A program made the position numbers and the translations under genes. The notes beneath the pieces were generated by a model. The model was not told the origin of the DNA. It searched no databases and saw nothing but the letters and a program-made list of their open reading frames with translations. Positions 1-12,722 of a stretch of 64,000 bases of DNA are shown here, in pieces; within the stretch, counting starts at the first letter, position 1, and each line of letters opens with the position of its first letter. This stretch comes from Microthyrium microscopicum (lineage: Eukaryota): the NCBI GenBank assembly GCA_010405405.1, contig MU004231.1, positions 4,266,884 to 4,330,883 of the forward strand. Direction: 5' to 3'.

Positions 1-796
1 TTCAGCCACGTTGATACTGATTCCATTATGGCACACTGGCCCTGGAGTACTTTAGAATAAGCTTTTATAGTTTGCCTTGTGCCAGTATCTGGCGCCTGGA
101 TGGATTTCCTGGGTTGCGGTTCAATGTAATCCCCTTTAGCAGCGCTTTCTGGCAGATCAATCCAGCATTAACGTTAGCACATTATAAGTCTAAGTAGTAG
201 CCATGATCAGTCAGCATTACGGAGTATATGCTGATGCAGTTCTTCCGCTCAGAACCGCACCAGATTGTTAGTCGCCTTAGCCTCAAACCCGCTAGCTGCA
301 CTTCTGGCACTTCTGCATGCAACCTTTGTTCTCGTCCATCTGTTTCAACACCATCTACAATTAATGAAACGACTCCAGAGGTGCAGGCCGTGGTTGGTTA
401 ACTACAATCTGTTACCCGTGAAACCCTGCTCGTACCAGCCACAAGCTTCGACGACATTGGTGTCGCCTCTTTCAAATCCCAATTGAGTATCGAACCCTGG
501 AAAGCTCCATACATAAACCTACTACTTCCTGTATAGTGGAGTTTTTGATTCTCTTGGCTTTGCAAGCTTTGCATTGATCTTTTCTCCGCCCAAAGCCTAG
601 AGCCTGCTCTGATCCCTTCAATACCGTCGCCAATATGGCCTGCTGGTGGTGAGCTTCGAACAATCGTGTTGGCGCATTATAAGTGCAATACTCTAATTTT
701 CAATGAGATATCGAACCACCTTGATTATCTAGTGCCTATTAGATCAGTTGATAATCCCTTCGTATCACCAAGCTTCTGTGTTGGATCAAAACGACA

Positions 797-3178
797 ATGG
801 AAAACAGATCAACCGAGAATCCCAGCGTTTTGGGTACGACTTCACAGCACGATCAGATCGATCGGACAGACAATGCGCCTTCAAACGCCGACGCTCAACC
901 ACCAGTCCCAGGAACACAAAATGAACCGTCTCTAGGATCTACTCCGTCCAGAGCGCCTAGGCCGATCTCTCCCGCCAATCCTGCAATATCTGGCTCTTCC
1001 GCCATCCCCGCCTCATCATCCAGAGCTCCGTCCACGCCTACACAACTCACACCACCAAGCATAGAAACAACAAGGCCCACATCTCCACGGAGATCGCCGC
1101 CTGGACTGGGTCGCAAACGGACAAATAGTCCACCACAAGATGCAGGTAGTAGTCGCCCAAGTTTGCGAGCGAGCGGACGGCAATCAAGCATTCGCATCCG
1201 TAGGTCTGCGCAGAACGTGCCTACCATTGGCGCAACACAAACGGGGCCATCGACAGGCACGGCCTTGAATTCTGTGCAGGAGCCTTCGGAGGACACGACT
1301 GGGAGGAGAAGGAGTACGTCGGATCCATCGCGAGGAGATCCTTCGCGGGGAGGACTTTTGCCTGGGTCTTCACCATTGCGAATGAGTAGATCAAGTGCTG
1401 TGCTAGATTCCAGAATGCCAGCGGTACAGGAAGAATTATCTGCACAGGGATCTCGTTCGGCGCGTCAGGATGGGCCGGAGTATGAGGGGATGACACGAAC
1501 TGATATACACGACTTTGAGGGCAGTGGCTCAGGCAGCATGCCGTCGGATCTAGGGGATGAGTATCGATCCGATCTGGTTGATGTTCTGGATACCATTGGT
1601 ATTTGGGTTCTTATCCGTAAAGAAAAGCCGTTGCTAACTTGGTGCTCGTAGATCCTGAAGTTTCTACGCTCACGACCCTTACGAACCTCCAGAATTCGCT
1701 ATTTGTTCCTGATTTAGGACGATTTCTCTCGCGCCGGCCTGTATATACGTTGACACCGACACCCACAAGAACGTCGACGTTTCCTGCACCTGCAAAACCA
1801 TCTCCTCCTATAGCGGAAGCTCCTACAGACATTGAGCCTGAGCCTGAGGACAGACGGACTCTTCAGCGCACTTCAACGATCGATTCGACGCTGAGCGAAT
1901 CTCGATATGCTGTGTTACCGCATGGGAGAGATTTGGCTGGCTGGTCGCGAATAGAAAAAGACGAAGTTAATGACCACGTCAGACACATGCTACACTCAAG
2001 ACGCAGTAAATTCAAACGAGGCATGAGGGGTTTTGGACAATATGTAAAAAAGCGTGAGCAAATTGCCCAAGTATAACTCTCTAGAGACAATCGGACTGAC
2101 TTTAGTAGCCCTCGGATTCTTCGTCACTTTGTACGCAGTATTAATTACACTTTTTGGTCTGGCTTGGGTATTGTTCTTGATCGGTACGTCTCACACTCAC
2201 ATTATGCCACCTTCTCGCGCCGTCACGTATTAATGTCCCCCAGGCTGGGTCAACGTCGGTGGGAAACAACTTTACGTGATCAATATCATTGACAACATCC
2301 TTGTCGCCCTCTTCGCTATAATGGGCGATGGCCTCGCCCCCTTTCGCGCTTGGGATACCTACAATATGATTCCCATCGTGCACTACCACCGCAAAACATG
2401 GAAACTGCGCAAAAAGGCCGCCCTTCCAAAACTCAGCAACAAAAACGACCTGCCTGAACTTCGCGAAGAAGAAGTCGGCTATGAAGAGAAGAAAACTGGC
2501 GACTTTGTCGTCCTCTCTGACGCTGAACAAGCGACACTCACTAAACATCAAGATCGCTTTTCGAGGTCCCATACCTTTTATATCCCGCACGAAACGGAGA
2601 CACATTTTGCGTTTCCTATCAGCTTTACAATTGCTATCCAGGTACTACTGGATTGTCACTCCCTGCTCCAGATTGCGCTGGGTACCTGTACATGGGCAAT
2701 AAACTACCATGTGCGCCCCTTTGCGCTGACAACAGTCATCCTGTGCTGTAGTATTACGTGTAATATTACCGCAGGCATAATGATCAGTATTGGAGATCAC
2801 AAGACACGCAAGAAGGACGTATTGGAGCGCATGGACCGCCAGGAGTTGACGGATAAGGCGATCCAAAAAGTTGAGAGGAGACGCGAACGCGAAAGACTGC
2901 AGCAGGAAGAGCTCGATGAGGCGGTCAGAGCGGCCGCGAGAGGCGAGAGCGGGTCACAGATCCAGTTGCATGATGTGAGGAAGTCGGAAAGTCAGACGAG
3001 CAGGATTTTTGGTTCGTTGAAGTTGAGTCGGAGTCGCGGGAGTGATCGGTCGGGCGGTAGGACGCCGCGGCAGAGTCTGCAGATCAAGCGTGAGGAGGGT
3101 CAAGCGACGGAATCTGTGCCTAAAGAGAGAACGGACGACGGAGAGGCGGCGAGGGTAGCTGTTGGCGGCTCGCGGTGA
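797..3178 (+). CDS. DUF2985-like integral membrane protein with long S/P/R-rich N-terminus (4 exons)
   Basis: ORFs join through GT-AG introns 1599-1651, 2054-2108 and 2184-2243. The joins give ...LDTIDPEVSTLTTLTNLQNSLFVP..., ...HVRHMLHSRRSKFKR..., PLGFFVTLYAVLITLFGLAWVLFLIGW and DNILVALFAIMGDGLAPFRAWDTY, which I recognise as a conserved fungal membrane protein family. Confidence 0.75.
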
Positions 3179-3905
3179 TGGAAAAATGATATGTGCTGCC
3201 TTGAGAGTAAGAGGTAAGAAGAGCAAGTTGTCAAATGAGTGTTGACATTTAGCGTTCATAGTTTTTTCTCTGGATACCCCCTTGTCTATCGCTTAATCCA
3301 TAACTCTAAATTATGACTTATATACTTGTTTCCAGAACAGCATCCAATTGATACTTGAGATTTGAAGTTGAGACTCGAGAGAAGGAAGTGTCTTCAACCA
3401 TCCGACTGGGCGAAGGAAAGGACGGACGAGATTTTTCCTCCTATTATTGTGTAGAAATTTTCAAGAAAACGCATACTCCAGTTTCCAAGACAGTATCACA
3501 GTATCAACGCGTGTCTGGAATATTCAATGTCTACATCATTGCGCAGAAAATTACCATCATGATGCACTGCCTGACTAGCACTGCTACTCCTTGCCTCCCA
3601 AGCTACTCTTCCCCCAAACCACGACATCTTCAGCTTCAAGACTAAAAGTTGCTAAGTTTCCCCTTCTCTCAAGTAAGCCTTGTCTCGGAAATCTTCTTAG
3701 TTTTCGTATTTATTGTTTTTTTGCACAAGAGGCGCTAAAGAATGTGACAGCAATTGGCATGTGCTTGTCTCGCAGCTAGCCCGAGAACTTCCGGCGCTGG
3801 ATGTCATCACTGCCCTTACAGAACCACTGCGGAGCCGGCCGGGATTTCATATAAGAGCTTGGGATGGTCGCGTGAATTTATACCGAAACTATTTGATGAA
3901 ATACG

Positions 3906-5728
3906 ATGAGTGTCGTTGCAGCGAAACGGCCTTTGGCTGTGTCAATGTGTGGCGGCTTGCTGGGAAATGCTCGAGCGACGTCACAGCGCGAGATAGTGAG
4001 ATCAGCCAGAAACTTTTCTGGTGGAGAAGTAAATTCACAAAAAGACGGTATGTTGAATTTGAGGAAAAGAGTGATTATCACAACAAGCTAATATCTCCAA
4101 ATAGATCGCGAAAAGGTAGTAGTTCTAGGATCTGGTAAGTGCCCCTTTCATCGCGCTATCCGCCATAAGGCTGAAACAGACGACAAGGCTGGGCTGGCTA
4201 CACCTTCGCCCGCCGTCTCAACCCGAAAAAATACAACGCCGTCATTGTCTCTCCGCGCTCCTACTTTGTCTTCACTCCACTGCTAGCATCCACCAGTGTC
4301 GGCACACTCGAATTCCGCACCGCCCTCGAACCTATCCGCAACAAACGAACCCACGCCGACTTCATTCAAGGATGGGCTGACAGCGTCGATTTTTTCAACA
4401 AGCGCATCTCCATCGAGGAAGCCGTCGATGATCCGCGTCTCGGCCTCGCGCCTACTGGTCGCCGACACGTTGAGTTGTCGACAGGCGAGCATGTGACGCG
4501 AAGAAAGGGCAAGACGTTCAACCTTGATTACGACAAGCTTATCATTACCGTTGGCTGCTACAGCCAGACGTTCAGCATCCCTGGTGTGCGCGAGCACGCC
4601 CTCTTCCTTAAAGACGTTGGTGATGCGCGTCGGATCCGCAAGCGTATTCTGGCATGTTTTGAGAACGCCGCGTTGCCGACGACAAGCGATGCAATGAAGA
4701 AACATTTCCTCAATTTTGCGGTCGTTGGTGGTGGACCGACGGGAATTGAGTTTGCGGCAGAGTTGCACGACTTTATCACAGAAGATCTGGCGAAGGTGTA
4801 TAAGAATGAGGTCGGATTTGCGAAGATCACGGTTTATGATGTGGCGCCGACGGTGTTGCCGATGTTTGATGAGGAGTTGGGCAAGTATGCGATGAAACAG
4901 TTTGCGAGAGAGGGCATTGAGATTAAGACGTCGCATCATATCAAGAGTTTGAGGAAGGGATTGCCTGACTCGGAGAATTCGCAGTTTGATCCGAAAGATG
5001 AGCAGTATTGTATGACGCTGGATGTCCAGGAGGAGGGGCAGATTGGTGCGGGTATGGTGGTTTGGAGTACGGGATTGATGGAGAATCCCTTTGTCAAGAA
5101 TGGGCTTGGAAGCTCTCAGTTGATCAAAACTACGGATGCGCGGCTGCAGAACATTAGTGAGGATCAGGCCGTTGACTCGGATTGGATTGCCAGGAGGGAC
5201 AAAAAGACTGGCAGCTTAATCACAGACAGCCATCTACGACTGGTCATGGAGCCTAAAGAGCAAGGAGATAAGGGGATCACGGCCACTTTGACAGTAAGGC
5301 ACAGACTATCAATGTGTTTCTTGTTTGCTAATGGTTTATAGGATGTTTTCGCGCTGGGTGACTGTGCAATCATCAAAGACACCGCCTATCCAGCAACGGC
5401 ACAAGTCGCTTCTCAAAAGGCAGACTGGCTCGCCAAAGAGCTCAACAAAGGAATCAACGGTCAAGGATTCCGCTTCAACAATCTGGGTGTCATGGCGTAT
5501 CTGGGTAACTGGAATGCGATTGTGCAATTGGAAACTGGCAAAGTCTCTGGTCGAACCGCATGGTTTCTATGGCGCGGAGCATACCTTACGAAATCAGTCA
5601 GCTGGAGGAACAAGGTAGGCTATGCCCTCGGCCTGTTCATTATCATGTTTTAACACGTTTTCTAGATTTTGATACCTATGTATTGGTTCATAAACTGGGC
5701 TTTTGGTCGAGATGTTTCACGATTCTGA
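3906..5728 (+). CDS. Type II (alternative) NADH:ubiquinone oxidoreductase / pyridine nucleotide-disulfide oxidoreductase, mitochondrial
   Basis: The spliced product has an R/S-rich presequence, VVVLGSGWAG (FAD), FTPLLASTSVGTLEFR, VVGGGPTGIEFAAE (NAD), DVFALGDC, PATAQVA and C-terminal FGRDVSRF. Introns are near 4048-4104, 4135-4187, 5294-5341 and 5615-5665. Confidence 0.88.
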
Positions 5729-6239
5729 GTTTCTTCTGAGACCACTCGACTGAGAATACTAGTCGAGCATTAGGAGAGAGACTGGTTAACTGAGAGTTTC
5801 CCAAAACCATGCTTCTGAAAAACCTTTCAGCATCCAAGTCTTTTCGAATCAAGCGGAGATAGTTGACAACATCCTCGGATGGTACTTACGTGTCTTCCTT
5901 TTTTCGGGCGCCTTCTCGTCCAAATTTGGTCTCGATATAAGCCAACTCCAGATACAAATTTAATTCTAGGGGCATGGAGCAGTAATTCAAAAGATCCCGG
6001 AAGCAACACTTCATCCTACGTAATATTTGTGTATGTATGAGTGGAATGCCTCCAACGACGCAGTACTGCATAGTTTCTGATGATCACATATTTTGAAACA
6101 CGATGTATTGGAGACGGCAAGTAAAGATGAAAAACTGTGCATTTCATCTAGTAATACACGGGCCACAGCTAGCTATTATACTCAGATAATCCGAATATCA
6201 AATGCTTCTCAGTCGTTTCGCTGGATCTTGGGTGGCTCC

Positions 6240-7895
6240 TTAGATCGCCGTTGCGAAACCTGTGATCTTGTGAATGCCATCAAATCGCTTCGATCCGCAG
6301 CTTTCTTGCTCCAGATGTTCGAACAGCGAGGGTATAGTTTGGAAACTTTCAGTGCAGGTCTGCTTGGGACAATGGTGCAACTCTTTACTGTGGGTTGCTG
6401 AATTGAGATGCTTTCCGAGCAAGTATGGTGTCTTGAAGGGCCAGTGGCACAGGAAGCATTGCCATGTATATCCATTCCAAGAACGATTAGGTAGTTCATA
6501 CAGTGCCGGATGAGTTGGACTTTCAGTCGTTTCGTTGTGACTCTTTTGCTGACAATTATCCTTTAGCAGCTCCAGATCAATCGCAGACACTGCTGCGAGT
6601 TCTGTTTGTACAGATTTTGGCGCATCAACTGGGCTTTCAAGCGTGACAACGACCTCAGCTGCCTCCGTGGCCACGACAGAAGCAGTGGTCTCATTGTCGC
6701 AAGAAACAAATTCGTCTTCGCTTGATTCTGTTTCTAAGAATTTGTCCTCAATACTTTCCTCCTCATGAGACTTGCTACATGTTGCTAAGAGAGCAGTCGC
6801 TGGAGGCGAATGAACTTCATCCTTCCCATCGACTTCGGTGAGACTCGCGAGTCGAGCATAGTCGGCCAGCCGAGGCTCATCGTCTGATACTTTGTTGTGG
6901 GATGGGCTCGTGGTTATTGCATTGCATGCCTCCTCAACACTAGAAGCATCGGGTGCCTTCTGCTTGAAAAAAGGCATTGATTGCCATCCGTTGCTGCTCA
7001 TCGGCTTGGTGTTTCGTGAGTAGTCGGCCAAGCGCAACTCTTCGGTTGATAGTCTTTTATGGCGCTCAATGGCGATGATGTTGTACATCATATCCATGCA
7101 GTCAATCAAACCCGGTACTTTCTCCTTGAGAGAGTCCAGTAGCTCTGCTGTGCTAGCAGTAGTTGGCGTACAGCCTCTTGCATAATCAGCGAGTCGGAGC
7201 TCCTCTAATGACTGCGTGTTGTAATGCGTATTTGAGGTGATTGTACAGAGAAGTTCCTCTGAGGACGTGAATCCCGTTACATCTGGCCCGAAGAAATCTT
7301 TCTTTAGTTCTGCCTGGTCTTTGGTTTGTTGTCCGGGAAGAATATGAGCAAGTGGTGTTCTTCCCTTGTTGCCTGTCGCAGGAGCTACGATGAGACCAAG
7401 CGACTCCTGGGATCCTCCATGGTTCGTATCGATGTGTGTTTGACACTTGTAAGTCGGAGTGCGGTGGCCCAAGGCGTCCATGTGCTGATTCCGTCCAGTC
7501 TCTGTGGTAAAGAACCTAGGGCAAGTTTCGCATCCGAAAGTCGGCTTGTGATGATATAACGCATCCATGTGCTGAACACAGCCTTGCATAGTTGTAAATT
7601 TGCGATCACATAGGTCGCATTCGAATTGAGGTTCTCGGTGCCCAAACTGATCCATATGCTCTTCGCACGAGCTCTCCTTGGAATAGGTCTTAATACACGT
7701 ATCACAGTCGTATCCTTCGTCCCAGTGGCCAAGGGACTCCATATGGTCATTGCATGACTGTTGAGTAGCAAAGACTTTGTTGCAAAAATCGCATTCGTAC
7801 TCTGGATCCCAGTGATCCAGAGCATTCATGTGCTGTGCACTGGCTTGATAAGAGCCAAATGTTCTGTCGCAGGAATCGCAGTTAAAGTAAGCCAT
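6240..7895 (-). CDS. Multi-C2H2 zinc-finger protein with central GLEBS-like tandem repeats
   Basis: Intronless 551-aa ORF with five N-terminal CxxC..F...HM...H fingers and two C-terminal fingers (CFLC...HLNSATH, HCPKQTC...HLEQESCG). The centre carries three (S/D)xEE(L/P)RLADY-type repeats. Confidence 0.8.
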   Translation of the reverse strand: MAYFNCDSCDRTFGSYQASAQHMNALDHWDPEYECDFCNKVFATQQSCNDHMESLGHWDEGYDCDTCIKTYSKESSCEEHMDQFGHREPQFECDLCDRKFTTMQGCVQHMDALYHHKPTFGCETCPRFFTTETGRNQHMDALGHRTPTYKCQTHIDTNHGGSQESLGLIVAPATGNKGRTPLAHILPGQQTKDQAELKKDFFGPDVTGFTSSEELLCTITSNTHYNTQSLEELRLADYARGCTPTTASTAELLDSLKEKVPGLIDCMDMMYNIIAIERHKRLSTEELRLADYSRNTKPMSSNGWQSMPFFKQKAPDASSVEEACNAITTSPSHNKVSDDEPRLADYARLASLTEVDGKDEVHSPPATALLATCSKSHEEESIEDKFLETESSEDEFVSCDNETTASVVATEAAEVVVTLESPVDAPKSVQTELAAVSAIDLELLKDNCQQKSHNETTESPTHPALYELPNRSWNGYTWQCFLCHWPFKTPYLLGKHLNSATHSKELHHCPKQTCTESFQTIPSLFEHLEQESCGSKRFDGIHKITGFATAI

Positions 7896-8689
7896 ATTGA
7901 AAGCCTTATAGAAGTTGAAGCAGCGAAATGTTTAGAGAGGTCTCGAGTATTGCATGTAACGAACGTTGGACGATAAGCAAGATCGCTTTGGTGTAGAAGT
8001 TGAGAGAGAAGAGTGGATGAGATGGGAAGAGAGAAACAATTTTCCACTCGCACTCTAGTCCCTGAAGTTTCGTGTGATCTCGTCCTAGGCAGCAACTGTA
8101 AGAAAGGCAGGCACGTTCAGTGCACGAGGCAGCTACATTGCATTTTTTTGGGTGGGTCGCTCTTTCCAATTCCTTGACTACATGTAGAGTAAGTGCAAAC
8201 AACATGAACGAAGTCGGAATCAAGCCCGATGCTGTCAAGGCTGTTTACCGTTGAGATGCAACGAAAGACTACCTAAATAAGTCATACCTATCAAATAGCA
8301 TTGTCCTGTTCGCGAAGGCTGATACCCAGTCTATAATCCACAATTCAATAGCATAGGTAGCCACAGCACTTGATAGCATTCAGAGCACTAGATGGTAGCT
8401 AGAGCACTCGATGGCAGCCAGAACACTCGTTGGCATCGGCCATAAGGTCTGCGGTAGTCATCCTCATTTCGCACTACGCTCACTATGACACAGACCTTCG
8501 CATCTGATCTTTTCTGGTCTTTCCATCTTGTAAGATGACTCTTGCAGCAGCCAGTTTGATGACAGGTGTTCTGTGTATTGCAATCACACCGGGCGGGTGC
8601 AGTAATGAAAGGCTTACCAATCGTATAACACATAATTCGTTGATGTTCAAACCAGGCATTTGACGTGACATTTATGTGCTACCATACTG

Positions 8690-10172
8690 TTATTGGGCCT
8701 TGGCAGTCGCCTTGCCGGCGTACATATGGTTGAAAGTTCTGCCTATAATGACTCTTCGAATCTCACTCGTCCCTGCTCCTATCTCATATAGCTTTGCATC
8801 TCGAAGTAAACGGCCTGCTGCAACTTCGTTGACGTAGCCTGTGCCTCCTAGGCATTGTATGGCATCTAATGCACACTTCGTCGCATTCTCCGCTGCATAT
8901 AATATGGCGGCAGCACAATCTTGGCTCTTGACCGATGGATCTCTGGAGTCAGACTCGAGGTTTTCTGCCGTAGGAAATAAGGAGTGCGGTGTCAAGAAGT
9001 GAGCTGGTGTTCCGTTGTCAACGGCGGCAGCAATAGTATACGTCAACGAGGATGCAGTGAGGTATGCCGTATACATATCAGCGAGCTTGCCCTGAAGCAA
9101 CTGATTGAAAGCGATTGGTGTGCCAAATTGCTTTCGGGTGTGAGTGTATGGTAGCGAGATGTCCATACAGGCGCGCATTATGCCTAGCGGTCCAGCGCTA
9201 AGGACAAGTCGTTCGAGATCAAGACCAGACATTAACACTTTGACGCCACGATTTAGCTGTCCTAGTACATTTTCTTTCGGGACAAACACGTTGTCGAAGA
9301 CTAGCTCTCCAGTGTTGCTGCCTCGCATGCCTAGCTTGTCCAGTTTTTGGGCCACGGAAAATCCTTTGGCTACTTTTCCAGAGTCGTCTTTAGTTTCAAC
9401 AATGAAGGCGGTCATACCCTTGGAACCCGCTTTCGGGTCTGTTTTGGCGTATACCACGATGTAGTTGGCATCAGGTCCGTTTGTGATCCACATCTTTGAT
9501 CCATTCAGAATATAGCCACCGTCTACCTCTTTTGCTGTAGTTGTCATGCTTACGACGTCTGATCCAGCTCCGTGCTCAGACATTGCTAGTGCCCCAACAG
9601 CGGTGCCGCTCACCAGACCTGGTAAATATTTCTCAGTTTGTTGCGTTGTCCCATGAAGTCGTATTTGGTTGACGCAAAGTTGTGAATGAGCAGCATATGA
9701 CAATGCGATTGAGGCTGTGGAGTGTCAGCAGCGAACCGAGATTGATGTCCATTTACCTACCAGATGCTCGACTGAGTTCTTCCATGACCACGCAGTGAGC
9801 TTGATATCCCATGGCAAGTCCACCATGATCTTCTTCCACCGTTATACCAAGGAATCCTGCCTCTCCCAGCTTCTGCCACATCTCTGGTGGAAACTCATTC
9901 TCGCGATCAACTTTGGCGGCAAATTCTTCAGTTATTTCTCTTCCTGAATAAGTTTAGTGAGATCACAACAGCAAACTCAGAAAGTGCCTACGTGTAAACT
10001 CTTGAACTCTGTCCCTCAATTCTGTCAGATCTTCCTGCGTTGGAGGGACAAAGCCATTTGGATGCTTCGACGATGCGGCTCGGACAATCGTTCTAGGTCC
10101 GAATGAAGCGCGTTGTCGACCCAGTTGCCGTGACGCCCGAACTGCTATACGCGACAAAACAGGGGACACCAT
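8690..10172 (-). CDS. ivdA: Isovaleryl-CoA dehydrogenase, mitochondrial
   Basis: Acyl-CoA dehydrogenase motifs [43 protein letters not shown] and [19 protein letters not shown], plus an R-rich presequence. Introns are near 9944-9991 and 9715-9760. Confidence 0.93.
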
Positions 10173-10402
10173 GATGCTAGAAGAGGAATCGCAGAAATAA
10201 TGAAGCAAAATACAATTGGAAAGCAGGATGGTGCTGTGATGCTGTTGGGAGGCCAATGTCGCAATGTGACACCAGCCTTCGGTTATTCGCGGCTCACGAT
10301 CAATGCCTCCTTGCGACGTCAGCGGTACATCGACCACGACTTCCCACGAGTCTCTGTTCTTCTAGCTTTTGTTCTTCTTTGATTCCGACCACAGTTTGAG
10401 CA
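10173..10402. promoter_or_regulatory. Probable bidirectional promoter shared by ivdA and mccB
   Basis: Only 230 bp separate the divergent start codons of two consecutive leucine-catabolism enzymes. Confidence 0.6.
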
Positions 10403-12176
10403 ATGGAGTTATCGAGATCTTTGTTTGCGAGTTCGATAACACGGGCTGCGTGGAGGCGCGGCTGGCGAACGCGACACTTCCGTGGAATCGCGACACATAC
10501 ACACTCATTCCACGCGAACCAGATCTCAGTAATACGGTCAAAAGCGGATCCATCCTCGGCAGAGTTTAAAGAAAATGTGCAGCAAATGAACGAGGTTCTG
10601 GAGAGAATAAGAGATCTGCAGGCAAGAGCTAGACAAGGTGGAAATGCGAAGGCGAGAGAGAAGCACGTAGCCAGGGGGAAGATGCTACCACGAGAGTATG
10701 ATTTGCTATTGCACACGTTCAATCCCTTGACTGACGCGTCTTCTCTCTTTTAGCCGCATAACAGCCTTAATAGACCCTTCAACCTCTTTTCTCGAGCTCT
10801 CCTCTCTAGCTGGCCACGAGCTCTATGGCGAAGACATTCCATCAGGCGGCATAATCACAGGAGTTGGCACTGTATCAGGCGTGACATGTGTGATTGTTGC
10901 CAACGACGCGACTGTCAAAGGTGGAACTTACTATCCCATAACCGTCAAGAAACATCTTCGAGCACAAGAAATCGCACAACAAAATCGACTTCCATGTATA
11001 TACCTGGTGGACTCTGGCGGTGCCAATCTGCCACACCAGAAGGATGTCTTCCCAGGTAGAGACCATTTCGGCCGCATATTCTACAACCAGGCTCGCATGA
11101 GTGGTGCAGGCATACCTCAAATAAGTGTTGTTATGGGTCCCTGTACGGCCGGCGGTGCATATGTGCCTAGTATGAGCGACGAAAGTATCATCGTCAATGA
11201 GCAAGGCCATATCTTTTTGGCCGGGCCACCACTTGTCAAAGCTGCCACTGGTGAAGAAGTGACTGCGGAAGAGCTTGGAGGAGGCAAAATGCATTCGACT
11301 GAATCAGGTGTCACCGACTACCTTGCTGTTGACGACGCGCATGCTCTTGTTCTTGCACGGCGGTGTATAAGTAATCTCAACTGGCCCCAAGCACAAGCGG
11401 TTGGATATCCGTCAGGAGTCTCAATATCTGAACAAAGCAAACCCTGGCAAGATCCACTATATGATCCGGCGGAACTCAATGGCATCGTAGGCACCAACCT
11501 ACGGAAGCAAGTCGATGCCCATGAGATTATTGCCCGTATCGTCGATGGCAGCGAATTCGCAGAGTTCAAGCCCGAATTCGGTCCAACACTAGTCACTGGC
11601 TTCGCTCGTGTATTTGGTCAACAAGTTGGAATTTTAGCGTCCAACGGTATTCTTCTTAGCCCTGCGGCGCTGAAAGGCGCTCACTTCATCGAGCTCTGTA
11701 CGAAGAGACATGTGCCACTCCTCTTCTTGCAAAACATATCCGGTTTCATGGTCGGTCGTGATGCAGAAGCAGGCGGTATAGCCAAAAATGGTGCCAAACT
11801 AGTGACAGCTGTTGCATGCGCTGCTGTGCCAAAATTGACCGTCGTTTTTGGCGCGTCTTATGGCGCAGGGAACTACGGCATGTGTGGCAGAGCATACTCC
11901 CCACGATTTCTTTGGACGTGGCCCAACGCAAAGACTGGTGTAATGGGTGCTGAGCAGCTTGCTGGCGTTATGGCCGCGGTTGGCAAGGGATCCGATGATG
12001 GATTGAAAGAGAGGATAGAGAAAGAAACCGATTCTGTCTTTGGTAGCGCTAGGTTATGGGACGATGGCATTATTGAGCCGGCTTTGACAAGAGATTATGT
12101 TGGCCTTGGGCTTCGAGCTGCGTTGGGAGGCTGGACAGAGAAGGAGGACACGACCTTCGGTGTCTTTAGGATGTAA
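10403..12176 (+). CDS. mccB: 3-methylcrotonyl-CoA carboxylase beta (carboxyltransferase) subunit
   Basis: Motifs [13 protein letters not shown] (across intron 10697-10753), [57 protein letters not shown] and C-terminal FGVFRM. Confidence 0.93.
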
Positions 12177-12722
12177 AGCAGTCGATAGATGATGTGAGAT
12201 ATATCAGATCACGGCAATTTTCTTCCTCATTGAATCCGTTAAGCTTATACTTCTTACAGTCCCGATATATGTCAGTGCGTTGTGAAATAACACTTCAATG
12301 TAGAAGGTTGGCCGTCCTCTACACTGGTCACTGCCGCGTTGCATACGGCAGCAAGAGATTGACAACAAGAATTCGCATCAAGTATGTATCGTATTCAATT
12401 TTTGAACATCCTAATAGTACTTTCGCCAGTTATGTACAAATGGAGCGAATGAATCATTGCACTCTAGGATCGGCACGTACTCCGCCCAAGGAAATATCAA
12501 AATCAACGGCACGCGTCCACCAACTGCGTCGGGCCTCCTAACGATACTAAAGACTATCGCATTAGACATAAGGTCCGCAAAGTAACATACTCGCTGGGAA
12601 ACACAACACTGGAAAGTAGAACGCAGCATGTGGAAGCCAGTGATGCTGATGGCAGCGCGCCGTCTATTTCATCGCTCCGTCTTTGTCCGCCCTGAAATCT
12701 ATCCTTGTGTCAAGATTAATGG

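Noticed and set aside
4283..4939. 218-aa antisense ORF, and similar shadow ORFs over ivdA, mccB, the G1 peptidase and SYF2
   Set aside because: These lie opposite well-supported genes and are explained by codon bias.
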